NCBI GenBank assembly: GCA_964247055.1
Contig: OZ176057.1
Coordinates: 2,914,001-2,978,000, forward strand
DNA: 64,000 bases
Direction: 5' to 3'
Origin: Paragordius varius
Taxonomy: Eukaryota; Animalia; Nematomorpha
Shown here: in pieces, positions 13,638 to 24,334 of the stretch
How positions within the stretch are numbered: the first letter of the stretch is position 1
Layout: each line of letters opens with the position of its first letter
The notes under the pieces: model-generated
Told to the model about the DNA's origin: nothing
Database searches by the model: none
What the model saw: only the letters and a program-made list of their open reading frames with translations
Translations under genes and position numbers: made by a program

Positions 13638-16600
13638 ATGGATAATAAATATTTGCTGGTATATTGTAATTCAAAAGAGAAAGTTAATTATTTACTTTCC
13701 AACCATTAATCATTTGCTTATTGTATTAACAATTGAAGATTTAAAGAAATAAAGAGTGGAAATAAGTTTGAGAGAAGATTTTTTTATTACATTTTTAAAA
13801 AAAATTCCTTTGCATCATGTGCCTAAAAGGCTAAAAAAACATATTTTTAATTTTGGCCCATGGTAAAAATATTTTTCAAGATATTTAAATTTTGAATGTT
13901 CCTGGGATATAAAACTACCCCAAAAGGTCATGAATTGTTAAAATGATGTATGAAAATTATGTTTCGATTAATAATATTGAATGTTTTCTATATTTTTATA
14001 GATACTGATAAATATTTGAAATGATGGCAGATATTAAAAATCGCGATATTTTTAGAGCTAAAATAGCACTTTTATTTTTGGAATTATTTAAAGTAAAGTC
14101 CTGCATTATCGTTAGCATTTTCTTCTAAACCTGCTATTAATTACAAACTCCCAATGTTATCTACTAAAAGTAATATCATTTTGGTGTGGCTTCAATGGTA
14201 GATTTTATTAAATTTTTTATCACTCATTAAACCCTTAAAATTATTTCATTTTCAACATATGGCCCATAAATTCCCCCACATTCCATTATTCAGCTAAATC
14301 ACTTAACTAATCATTAACGGCTATACCAATTAAATCATTTTATATACATTTTTTAGGTTTCACTCCATATAAAATGAGAACCAATAAAAAAATTATTTCA
14401 CCCAATATGGTCCTAGCTTAGCGTTAAGGAAAAGATATGCCCACATTTTTATATTTACTAAACATTTACGCGTCCATTCTTATTCGCAAAATTTCAAGGT
14501 TCAGTTGAAGGCTTAATCAAGATTTTTGCGTTAAAATTAATCTAAATTGTAAAAATTTAAGGCGCTTTAATGAGGAATATTTTAGGTGCCGAAAATAATA
14601 TTTTATTCCGAACAAATTATCGTTTTGACCAACTCTTTTTATAAATTAATTATTTGACAAAAACTATTTTGGCATTGGTGTATTAGTTAAAAAAAAAAAA
14701 TATTTGAATGGCGTTGTACGTTTTTTTAAAATGTATCTTAAAGCCAACATATAATATTTTTTAATGTGTATACAATAATGATAAACTTTATTAGCATATA
14801 TTATTGATATACATAAAATGGAAAATTGAAAAGAATTAATTTTAAATACAATATTAAACTTGAATAGATTTCAAGGTTAATATGTTTTTCATGAATTATA
14901 ATTACAATATTTTAACATTAAACAATTACCTATATACGTATATATGTATATATATAATATATATATTATAAAATAATTTTATGTAAATTGTAAAATATAT
15001 ATAAGTTCCAAAGCACAGAGAATGAGAGGGTTAATTGATTTGGACGACCCTATGATGACACTCAAAAATTTTTATATAAGGGTGCAAAAAAAAGATTAGT
15101 CTACATTTTAATTTTATCGCACTCGATTTTATAATCCCCCACCACCACATATCAATATGAATTTGTTTGGAAAAGGATTATTAATGGTAAATTGTTTTGA
15201 TTAAATGTTTCATAAAATAGATGGCATAATTATTTTGTATGTAAAATTATTTATTATTTATAAGGATTAAATTTTATTAAATTTATTTTCTAAGAAATAA
15301 TAGTGTAGAACATGGCCAAGTAAAAAAAATAAATAACAAATTAAATAATCAGACCATATTTTTTTGAGATAAATAATGATTTCTACCAATTGCCTGCTCA
15401 GGGCTGACAGTGATGAATTGTACTTAATGTACAATAATTTTTGACACCCTTTGTCACCTTTATTGTAATTTAAGTTAAAAGTTAACCTCTCCATTCTTAT
15501 TACACATAAAATATTTTGTTTTAAAGCGCTACCCATAATAAACATTGTTGAATAGCCGATCTCAAACTCCAAATGATAGTTTCATATCCCCCCTAATTTT
15601 ATACCAAAATTCCAACTTTATCAATGATTTTGTAATCTAATAAAATTGGGTCAGTAATAAAAAAAGTTTCACACATATTGTGATTAAAAATTGGAACCGA
15701 TCGGAATAATAATTTTGATTATTAAGATCCCGGCATTTTTTGTTCCAAGTTAGAGCTATTCACCTACGGTTTCTCACAAAAGAAGTTTTGATTCTTACAA
15801 TAATTCCGATTCCTTTAATACGCAAAATATTACAAATTTTTATATCATTGCCGTGTCGAATAAATTAAATATAGTAAAAGGTAAACGAAAATTGAATAAC
15901 ATTTCTCTTAGAACGCTCCTTCCAACTAAAATTAAATTCAAAATGCATCTTAGTGCTAGTCTTTAACAGCCAATTCATATAATTACGTTGTGGCACTTTA
16001 TTAGCGTGAAGGGCCATATAAATGAGCAGACTCATATAGCTTAAAATTGGAAAATTAACCAGCTATGTGGCTCACAAACTTTAAAACTGAGAAAAAAACT
16101 ATGAGGAAAATATGCATTCGCCAAAGTTTTTTGTTAGGAATTATATATACCATTTATAATTCAAATTCACCCTAGAACAATTCAAATTCCTTAAACAATT
16201 CAAATTTACCCTCAAATAAAATATTTATTTTTTAAGATTAAAAATTACCTATGTTTTTAAAAATAAAATATTTTGTTTTAAATAAAATTAATATTGAAAA
16301 ATATTAAACTAAGCCATAAAGATATATTTCATATTAATAATGAGTTATATTAGTTTGAATATACATAATTTATTTTTAGGGTGAATTTTAGCGTTTGAAT
16401 TGTACGAGGGTAAATTTGAATTGTTGAAGGGTGAAGAACTGTAAATGGCATACATTGCCACATTCAAAGAGGCGAATTTAAATCGTCTAACTGACCCAAA
16501 TGTAAATTTAGTTATGTTGAAATGATATATTTTTTAGCTATATCAATTAAAATATTTAAAGCATTTCAATAATTCGATAATGATATATTTAAATACTGCT

Positions 16601-18784
16601 TCTTTCCTTTAAAATTATATGATATATATATAGCAGTTTCCAATCCCTAAAAATTTTCAAAAGGCCAAAAAAATATTTTTTGTCTAAAGTCCATAATACC
16701 GATAAAATTTTAACGCTGTATGACATATTTGCATATAATTATGCCCAAAACACAATATATGTATTACTTGTCTATGGGAAAGCGCTTCTAGGTCCGCGGT
16801 TTAGGTATCACTAACTCTCTCTATGTATATATAAATATATATACCGTTTTTTCATCTAAAGCAACTTTTTTTTAACCAAACGCAACATTTTTTCAAGTAA
16901 ACGCAGCATTTTTAGTTCTGTTTTATGTAAAATGTTGTGTTTACAGCAAAATATTTGCTTATCGTTGAAAACAGGTTGTCTTTACTTAATTAAATGTTGC
17001 GTTTGGTTGTGTTATCTTTTAAGATAAAGGGATAATATAAGTAATGTGAAATGAACTGAACTATTTATTTGGTTTTTTAAGGTGTATATATAGCAATTTT
17101 AACTGTCCATGATTTACATTATATCAATAAAATTTCAAGTAACAAAGGTTATATATTTACATATAACACAAAAAATATAAAAAATAATACAATTCAAATA
17201 ACGGTGAAAGTTATGATATGTATTTCACATTTGCATGTAACACAGAAAAATATGATATAAAAATAAAGTATATCTTTCAGATTTGCATAACATCACTTCC
17301 CCCTTAAGAGAACCCGACCGGCTTCCGCCGAATTCTCTCGGGGTAACGACGCTCGTGCGGATTTTCATTTATATTGTCATTAATGCTATTGTTATTATTA
17401 TCAATAATGTTACCATTAATATTAGTGTTATTGTCGTGATCATTATCATTACTATTGTTTGAGTGACCGGTGTCGTGGGTGTGTCGACGAATCTTAGTTT
17501 GAAAGATAACATCTCATGTTATGTGTGTCGACGTGTTTCATTTGATCTCTGCCTGCCACCCTAGACCATTCCTTTGAAACTGGTCCAGGCGCACTAATAT
17601 ACTATGGGCGCTGTAACGAATCTAAACAGTGTCCTTTTGTAACTGACACATCCTCTTATTGTTGAAATCGTCGAGGTGTAGCTTTAACTCGGCCTGGGGA
17701 GGTAGGCGTCTTACCGATCAATCTTATTACAAGTTTGTCCGCGCCAATCTTACTTACCCATCCATCAATTGTTGAATGATGTGGGAGTCCTCCCCAGCCA
17801 TTTGTTGATAATGATTTCAAAGTTTCTATAGATTATTAGCCCGTTCGCTTTCAGTGCAATGGCGGTTGAACATTTTTTTGGATCTACATTAGCGAAGTGG
17901 TTGGGTTTTCCACATTTGCAATTGCGGTTCCAGGCGGGACATTTGTTTGGCCCATGAACACTCCCATAACCCTTGCGCGAATGTGTCAGAGGTTGATTGT
18001 TGTGATCGAAAAATTATTACCATTGTTCTAATTGGTATTATCATTAAATTTTTTACTGGACATGCTGGTAATATTGGCAATTGACATTGTCATGGTTGTG
18101 GAACTTTGGACTCTAACTCCCTATCCGAGTTTGGAACCCGGAGGTTCCACTGTTGTGTTAGATTAGTTGTTAGATTAGTTCGATACTCGTCTTGGCCACC
18201 AGTTGTTATCTTTTAAGATAAGGGGATAATATAAGTAATGTGAAATGAACTGAACTATTTATTTGGTTTTTTAAGGTGTATATATAGCAATTTTAACTGT
18301 CCATGATTTGCATTATATCAATAAAATTTCAAGTAACAAAGGTTATATATTTACATATAACACAAAAAATATAAAAAATAATACAATTCAAATAACGGTG
18401 AAAGTTATGATATGTATTTCACATTTGCATGTAACACAGAAAAATATGATATAAAAATAAAGTATATCTTTCAGATTTGCATAACAGGTTGAAACAGTGT
18501 GTTGTTTTTATTGACTGAAAAATGGTATATATATAATTTATTAGCTTATGGTTGTCATTTTGGCCGTCAACATGTTCAAGAGTTACAGTGCCGAGGAAGA
18601 GGAGGATGACGAGCAATATCGCGGGGATTTTAATCGACAAGTGCGTTATGAAAGGACAGGCGATGGGTTTAACCGACAGGTCCGATATGACAGGGGTAGT
18701 AGATATAGAAATGAAAGATACGGTGGAATTGATGGTCGACAACGATATGGTGGCCAACGTTATGGGCGCTATGATCGACTTTAA
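13638..18784 (+). CDS. Small secreted prepropeptide-like protein with repeated FNRQVRY / RY motifs (86 aa)
   Basis: Exon 13638-13658 (caaATGG context, donor GTATAT) joins in phase 0 to exon 18545-18784 (acceptor TTATTAG). This gives a signal-peptide-like MDNKYLLLMVVILAVNMFKSYSA, an acidic spacer EEEEDDE, two FNRQVRY(E/D)R repeats and further RY motifs. The exon-1 assignment is inferred. Confidence 0.6.
16150..16448. mobile_element. MITE with CCATTTA(C/T)A TIRs and 20-bp subterminal repeats
   Basis: TA|CCATTTATAATTCAAATTCACCCT ... AGGGTGAAGAACTGTAAATGG; inverted arrays of the 20-bp unit. Confidence 0.6.
16844..18525. mobile_element. Small TA-flanked palindromic MITE interrupted by the LTR element
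   Basis: TA|CCGTTTTTTCA ... TGAAAAATGG|TA ends. Internal inverted AAACGCAACATTT / AAATGTTGCGTTT motifs. About 200 bp once the LTR insertion is removed. Confidence 0.5.
17010..18486 (-). mobile_element. Young non-autonomous LTR retrotransposon (TRIM-like deletion derivative of a Gypsy-type element)
   Basis: 283-bp TG...CA LTRs at 17010-17292 and 18204-18486 with one mismatch seen. 5-bp TSD GGTTG. PPT AAGGGGGAAG abuts the left LTR and a PBS TGGTGGCCAAGACG abuts the right LTR. Internal gag zinc-knuckle remnant (CPAWNRNC-KCGKPNHF) and pol tail (ERIRRKP). Confidence 0.9.
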
Positions 18785-19387
18785 GCTACAAAAACTCTAC
18801 ACATCCGACTAGCTTACACACTTTTTTTGGATGAATACACAAATTATAAACAATTAAACTTGATGATTACACTTGAGTATATGTCTTAAATATAAATGTA
18901 TATAAATGGAATTAATAATATATTTTTGATTTTACGTAATAAGTGAACACGCTGACACTTACAAGTGTATTTATACGGACTAATAAAATATTTCTTGGTT
19001 GAAATGTACATGAGTATTATGTCAATCTTTTCTAGTAAAAATATATGGTAAAAATTTAATATTTTTGAGCAAACTCTTAATAGTATAATGAAGGCGTATT
19101 AAACAAAAAATCTTCCCCCCCCCTTAAAAAAATGTTATCTGGTAGTTTAATTGTTGAAATGTTTAGCCTCCATTAAAATTTAATTTTCTCTAACATAACA
19201 AACTATCAATCGTTATTATATTGACATATAGTTATAAAAATTTGTCAAGATATAAGTATTTATAAGGAACTCACATATGGTCACAATGCAAAAATAATTA
19301 TTATTGATAAAATTCAAAAAAATTATTATAACACAAAATGAGACACGGAAATAGTTAAGAGGTTAATCCATCTCTATCTAATTTTAT

Positions 19388-22300
19388 TTATTGATATTCC
19401 AAATTTTTTTTCACTACTCCGTGTTGGTGTCCCTTCAATAGATTTGCACGTATTTTCTTTCGATGATTTCTTACATCATATTGGGCACTTTTTGGTTCTA
19501 AATCGATGGAAGTTGTTAAATTGTATACTTCTAATGAAAGTCTTGATGGAACATTTTTCAAATTTTCATTATTATCTCTATTATTATTATATTTACTGGT
19601 TGTGGCATCATTGTAAAATTCCTTATTAAATGCATCATTTTTGTCATTTATATTTTCTTTATTTTGAAAGTTTGGAGGTAATTCGGCATTGTTTTCCACA
19701 TTTTTGCTCCTTAGATCTCCGTTATCTACAAAAGATGTAATTATTATTTTGTAAAATAGCAGAAATATAAAAATAATAACTCTTGGCTTAAAATAACCAA
19801 ATTAATAATATTGTAAATTTTTTTAATGTCAGTCAAATGGAAATTAATTTAAAAAGATTTATAGGTTAAATCGGATCGATTATGGTTAATAGAATATTTC
19901 GGGTTGTTTAATACGTTTAATATTATTAATTATAGGCTATGCATACATATTTTGACGGATGAATAGAAAAAGAAAACGACATACATACTTAACAAGTTGT
20001 ATGATAAAACACAACGAAGTCTTAAGTTTTAAACTAATGGTTAAAGTCGAAAAAAAAACTTTGGGAAGAAATTTTATAAAACAACTAACGTAAATCTCGT
20101 GCTGCTACGCAGCACGAGGAAGTCCTTCGGACCTCTGGGGGGGCTAAAAATTATTTTTGTGGATTTTGTTTTTGAAAAAAATGGCATTTTACGGGGGTAG
20201 CGGGTAAAAACAGGGCCTATATCAAAAAAGTGAGTCGACTATGTTCGGCGCGATCAAAAATAAGTAAACAAAAATCGTATTTGAATTTGAATGGTCCAAC
20301 ACGTTCTCCGAAAAATTGTCTCAAAGACATGATTTCTGTGCTTCTGTTTTCAAAAAAAACCCGTTTTTTACACGGGGTGGGCCCGAACTGGGGGCCTAAA
20401 TTAAAAAAAAGGGCAAAGCTATTGTAGGGACATTTATTAATGATTATATTTTTTCGATATTTGGATTTAATTGGGTTCACCGGTTTTCCGGAAGCAGATC
20501 ACAAAGATACATGAGGAATCAGTTTTTAGCGGGTAACTCCTTATCCAGCAGCTATCATCAAAGAAACGCTTAAATAAAATTTTTGCCTTTTAACAGGGAA
20601 TACGTGGAATCCATATTGAATTTTTAAGGTCTCATACCTAGGGCGAAAAATAGATTTAAAAAATTATTTTTGTGGATTGTTTTTTGAAAAACATGGCATT
20701 TTACGGGGGGAGCGGGTAAAAAGAGGGCCTAAATTAAAAAAGCGAGACGACTATGTTCGGCGCAATCGAAAATAAGCAACAAAAATCATATTTGAAATTG
20801 AATGGTCCAACACGTTCTCCGGAAAATTGTCTCAAAGACACAAATTGTGTGGACTTCTGTTTTAAAAAAACGCGTTTTTTACACAGAGTGGGCCCGAACC
20901 GGGGGCCTATTTTAAAAAAAGGGCGAAGCTATTGTCGAGGCATTCATTTATGATTATATTTTTTCGATATTTGGATTTGAAAAGGTCTACCGGTTTTCCG
21001 GTAAAAGATCACAAAACTCAGCTATCATCAAAGAAACGCTTGACTAAAATTTTTGCCTTTTAACAGGGAATACGTGGAATCCATATTGAATTTTTAAGGT
21101 CTCATACTTAGGGTGAAAAATAGATTTAAAATTTTTGTGGACTTTGTTTTTTGAAAAAAATGGCATTTTACGGGGGGAGCGGGTAAAAAGAGGGCCTAAA
21201 TCAAAAAAGCGAGACGACTATGTTCGGTGCAATCGAAAATAAGTAACAAAAATCATATTTGAAATTGAATGGTCCAACACGTTCTCCGGAAAATTGTCTC
21301 AAAGGCACAATTTTTGTGGACTTCTGTTTTCAAAAAAAACCGTTTTTCACACGGGGTGGGCCCGAACTGGGGGCCTATTCCAAAAAAGGGCGAAGCTATT
21401 GTCAAGGCATTTATTAATGATTATATTTTTTCGAAATTTGGATTTGAATGGGTCTACCGGTTTTCCGGTACCAGATCACAAACGCGGCATTTTCCATTTT
21501 TATAAATATATAGATGATACCCTACAAACCTGGCACACCCTTCAAAAGCAGGCTCAAAACTATATATGATGATCTTACTGAGGCCAAACTAAAAATAGAA
21601 GATGCAGAAAATAGAAACAATTGGAAAGTGCAAAAAAACTTATCTCAAATCAGCTACCTTTAACTCTGAAGATCGACAGCTTTGATGATAATAATATATA
21701 TATATATATAGTGTCTATGGTAAATTACTTGATATTAAAGGTATTTATAATTTTGTGGCTGGAATAGCATCTATATACTTATATACATATAATATCGAGC
21801 ATTATTAAAGGCATCTCTATTCATGGTAGCTTATGAGATTTATGATTTTAGTTTCATTTTTGAAAATTTTGTATAATGGCTTAATTAATTATAAAAATTT
21901 TACATGGCAAGAGGCATATAGTTCTCATATATAACTACTGACATGTATGTTCTTTTTAGCCATTTTAATTACAACAGAGCCCTGTAATAATGCTTGTTAC
22001 TGATTAATATACATATTAATATAATATATATATATATATCACTGTGTGCAAAAAAAGAGGATTTTGATTTAACGAAAAACTTTTTTTTTCATGAGATAGC
22101 TTATAACCAGCGTATTCAATTGCCGCAAAAATTTTTATTTGTTGCCAACCTAGTTTTTGAAATATTGAGAGAAAATCGAAATCGGGCAAAATGTGAAAAT
22201 TAAGGATAATTCAAAAAATAATTATAAAATTTGAAATATTATGGTTTATTATCATTTTAGGAGATATTTTTAATGATAGCCTAAAATCATATAGTTGGGG

Positions 22301-24291
22301 TTTCTATTAAATTATAGGTCAAAAGATGGCGTTTTTCTTATATCACACTTAAAAGATAAAATAAAATTTAATGAAACTATATTAAAATAATTTTTTTTAA
22401 TTATTTACTACCTAAGCTCACTATTAAAATCTTAACATTCTTATTTTAATTAGTAAAATAAACTTTTTTATCAAAATAAAACCAAAAATATTGTTTTTTA
22501 TTTTTTCACATTTTTGTTATCTATAAAAAATTTATACTGTTTTATTTTGGATTCTCACATGATTAGGAATTATTAAAAATATAATTTATGCAAAATAGGA
22601 TATAAAAGTAGTGGAATATCAACCAAAAAATCCTTACAATTTCCTGTAACAAGTCTGTTTTATGACAAATTAATATTTGTAATGGGATTTGTATGGACTG
22701 TTGGTTGATATTCCACTAATTTTCAATCCTATTTTGCATAAATTATATACTTAATAATTCCTAATCATGTGAGAATCCAAAATAAAACACAATAAATTTT
22801 TTATACATTCATAAACCAGATGACAAAAAATGCAAAAATAAAAAACAATATTTTTGGTTTTATTTTGATTTAGAAGTTTATTTTACTGAATAAAATATAA
22901 TTGTTAAGATTTTAATAGTGAATTTAGGTAGTAAATAATTAAAAAAAAATATTTGAATATAGTTGCATTAAATTTATTTTGCCTTTTAGGTATGATAAAA
23001 GAAAAACGCCATCTTTTGATCTGAAATTTTATAGAAATCCTAACTATATAATTCTAGGCTATTTATATATTGAAAATATCTCCTAAAATAATAATAAACC
23101 ATAATATTTCAAATTTTATTATTGTTTTTTGAATTATCCTTAATTTTCACTTTTTGCCCGATTTCGATTTTCTCTCAATATTTCAAAAACTATGTTGTCA
23201 ACAAATAAAAATTTTTTCATTAAAATTTTTTTTGCACACAATGTATATATATATGTACCATAAAAACTTGGTGAAACATCTAATTTCAAGTTTTCTTTAT
23301 CTTCATCACCGACATAATAGTTGGCATCATTATTTTTTCTATAGTTGTTGGGGTAATAACGATGTTTATTGCTATCATAGGCGTTTGAGTCATCAAAAAT
23401 TTCAACGTTTTTGGGATATTTTGAAAAATGACATTTGCAAACTATGCAGCTGTTTTGGTCGCGTTCATAAATTAGTTGTTGTTGTGTTTTACATGTGGGA
23501 CATTGTCGTTCTTTGCATTGGGGTGGTTGGTCAACTAAATAAATTATATTGTGAAAATTGGAATTCGTTCGTACATAGTTAAATCTAAACAATTTTAACA
23601 ATCGATATCTTGTATATTTAGTTATGAAGATTTACGAAAAATCAAATATATATATCTAAAAAAATCATTATCGTTCAATATTAAATATATACTAATGTTA
23701 TTAAAACCGTTTGATTGCTTTTACTGTTTGATGGATTGGATTTCAAAAATCATTTGCAATTTTGTTAGTAGGTTTTTTTCGAAAAAAGGTTTTAAAATAT
23801 TTTTAATTGAAACTAAATTTTATTTACATTGTTAACTTAACAATTTAAATTAAATTTCATTTGTTTGAGGGTAATAAATATTCTGTTTACTTTACAAAGT
23901 TAAGATAAAATTGTATATTAAATGAAACAAATTAAAATCCGTTTCTCTTAGAATTGTTTCCTACATTTTTTGGGACCAATATCAAAAATATTTAAATCGT
24001 GCAGCACTTGATAACTTAATAACAACGGGTTAATATGGAATGTTAAGCACCGTATCGCTCATTTATGACCAAAGTATCGGATAAAAATCAAGTTAAAGTT
24101 ATTAAAATATTCTCAATAAATATTGAAAAGTGTTTTGTAAAAACCGCAATGACATCCCAGGATACATCCCTGATCACTTCGATCATATATGGCATATTGA
24201 CAATCTTGACAAACAACAGGCTCTGGACCTTGTAAAACACACCGAAATAGATTGGTTTTGCTATCACGCTTCACTGATTTATCCAAATACA
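19388..24291 (-). CDS. Protein with two antistasin-like Cys-rich domains and an Asn-rich tail (5' exon not found)
   Basis: Exons 24145-24291 (147 nt), 23259-23534 (276 nt) and 19388-19725, all phase-1 GT-AG. They encode CVLQGPEPVVCQDCQYAIYDRSDQGCILGCHC and CKERQCPTCKTQQQLIYERDQNSCIVCKC, matching the antistasin pattern C..C-x2-C..(Y/F)-x2-D-x-N-G-C-x2-C-x-C. Confidence 0.7.
20085..21514 (-). mobile_element. Chimeric Helitron-like element, copy 4 (triplicated 5' block, alternative 3' end)
   Basis: A|TCTATATATTTATAAAAATGG at 21514. Three tandem ~470-510-bp copies of the family 5' block. Ends in a perfect 10-bp hairpin (20096-20118) followed by TTAG|T. Confidence 0.75.
21516..21695 (+). mobile_element. 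3' fragment of an RTE-like LINE
   Basis: Translates PGTPFKSRLKTIYDDLTEAKLKIEDAENRNNWK, resembling the RTE C-terminal ..ED(A)xDRxxW motif, followed by a TGA/TAA-type tail. Confidence 0.5.
22040..23243. mobile_element. Foldback / long-TIR Tc1-mariner-type non-autonomous element
   Basis: CACTGTGTGCAAAAAAA...TTTTTTTGCACACAATG ends in (TA)n. The two ~590-bp arms are imperfect inverted repeats around a short spacer near 22650. Confidence 0.85.
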
Positions 24292-24334
24292 CTAATATAT
24301 TGTTTAAGATTTTGATGACGAGTTTTTGTATTTA

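Noticed and set aside
15267-15572. 101-aa minus-strand ORF
   Set aside because: No recognisable motif and no phase-compatible neighbouring exons were found.
18178-18201. tRNA gene
   Set aside because: Only the 3' 24 nt are present, including an encoded CCA, directly beside an LTR. It is a primer-binding site.
18522-18544. ATG followed by an apparent 20-nt GT-AG intron that would start the RY-peptide gene
   Set aside because: The ATGG is the right TIR (TGAAAAATGG|TA) of the MITE at 16844-18525. A better start exon exists at 13638.
20217-21569. ORFs in Helitron copies (for example 20230-20427, 21269-21569, 26934-27362, 33391-33726)
   Set aside because: They are open only by chance, frames are not conserved between copies, and there are no HUH/Rep or PIF1 helicase motifs.
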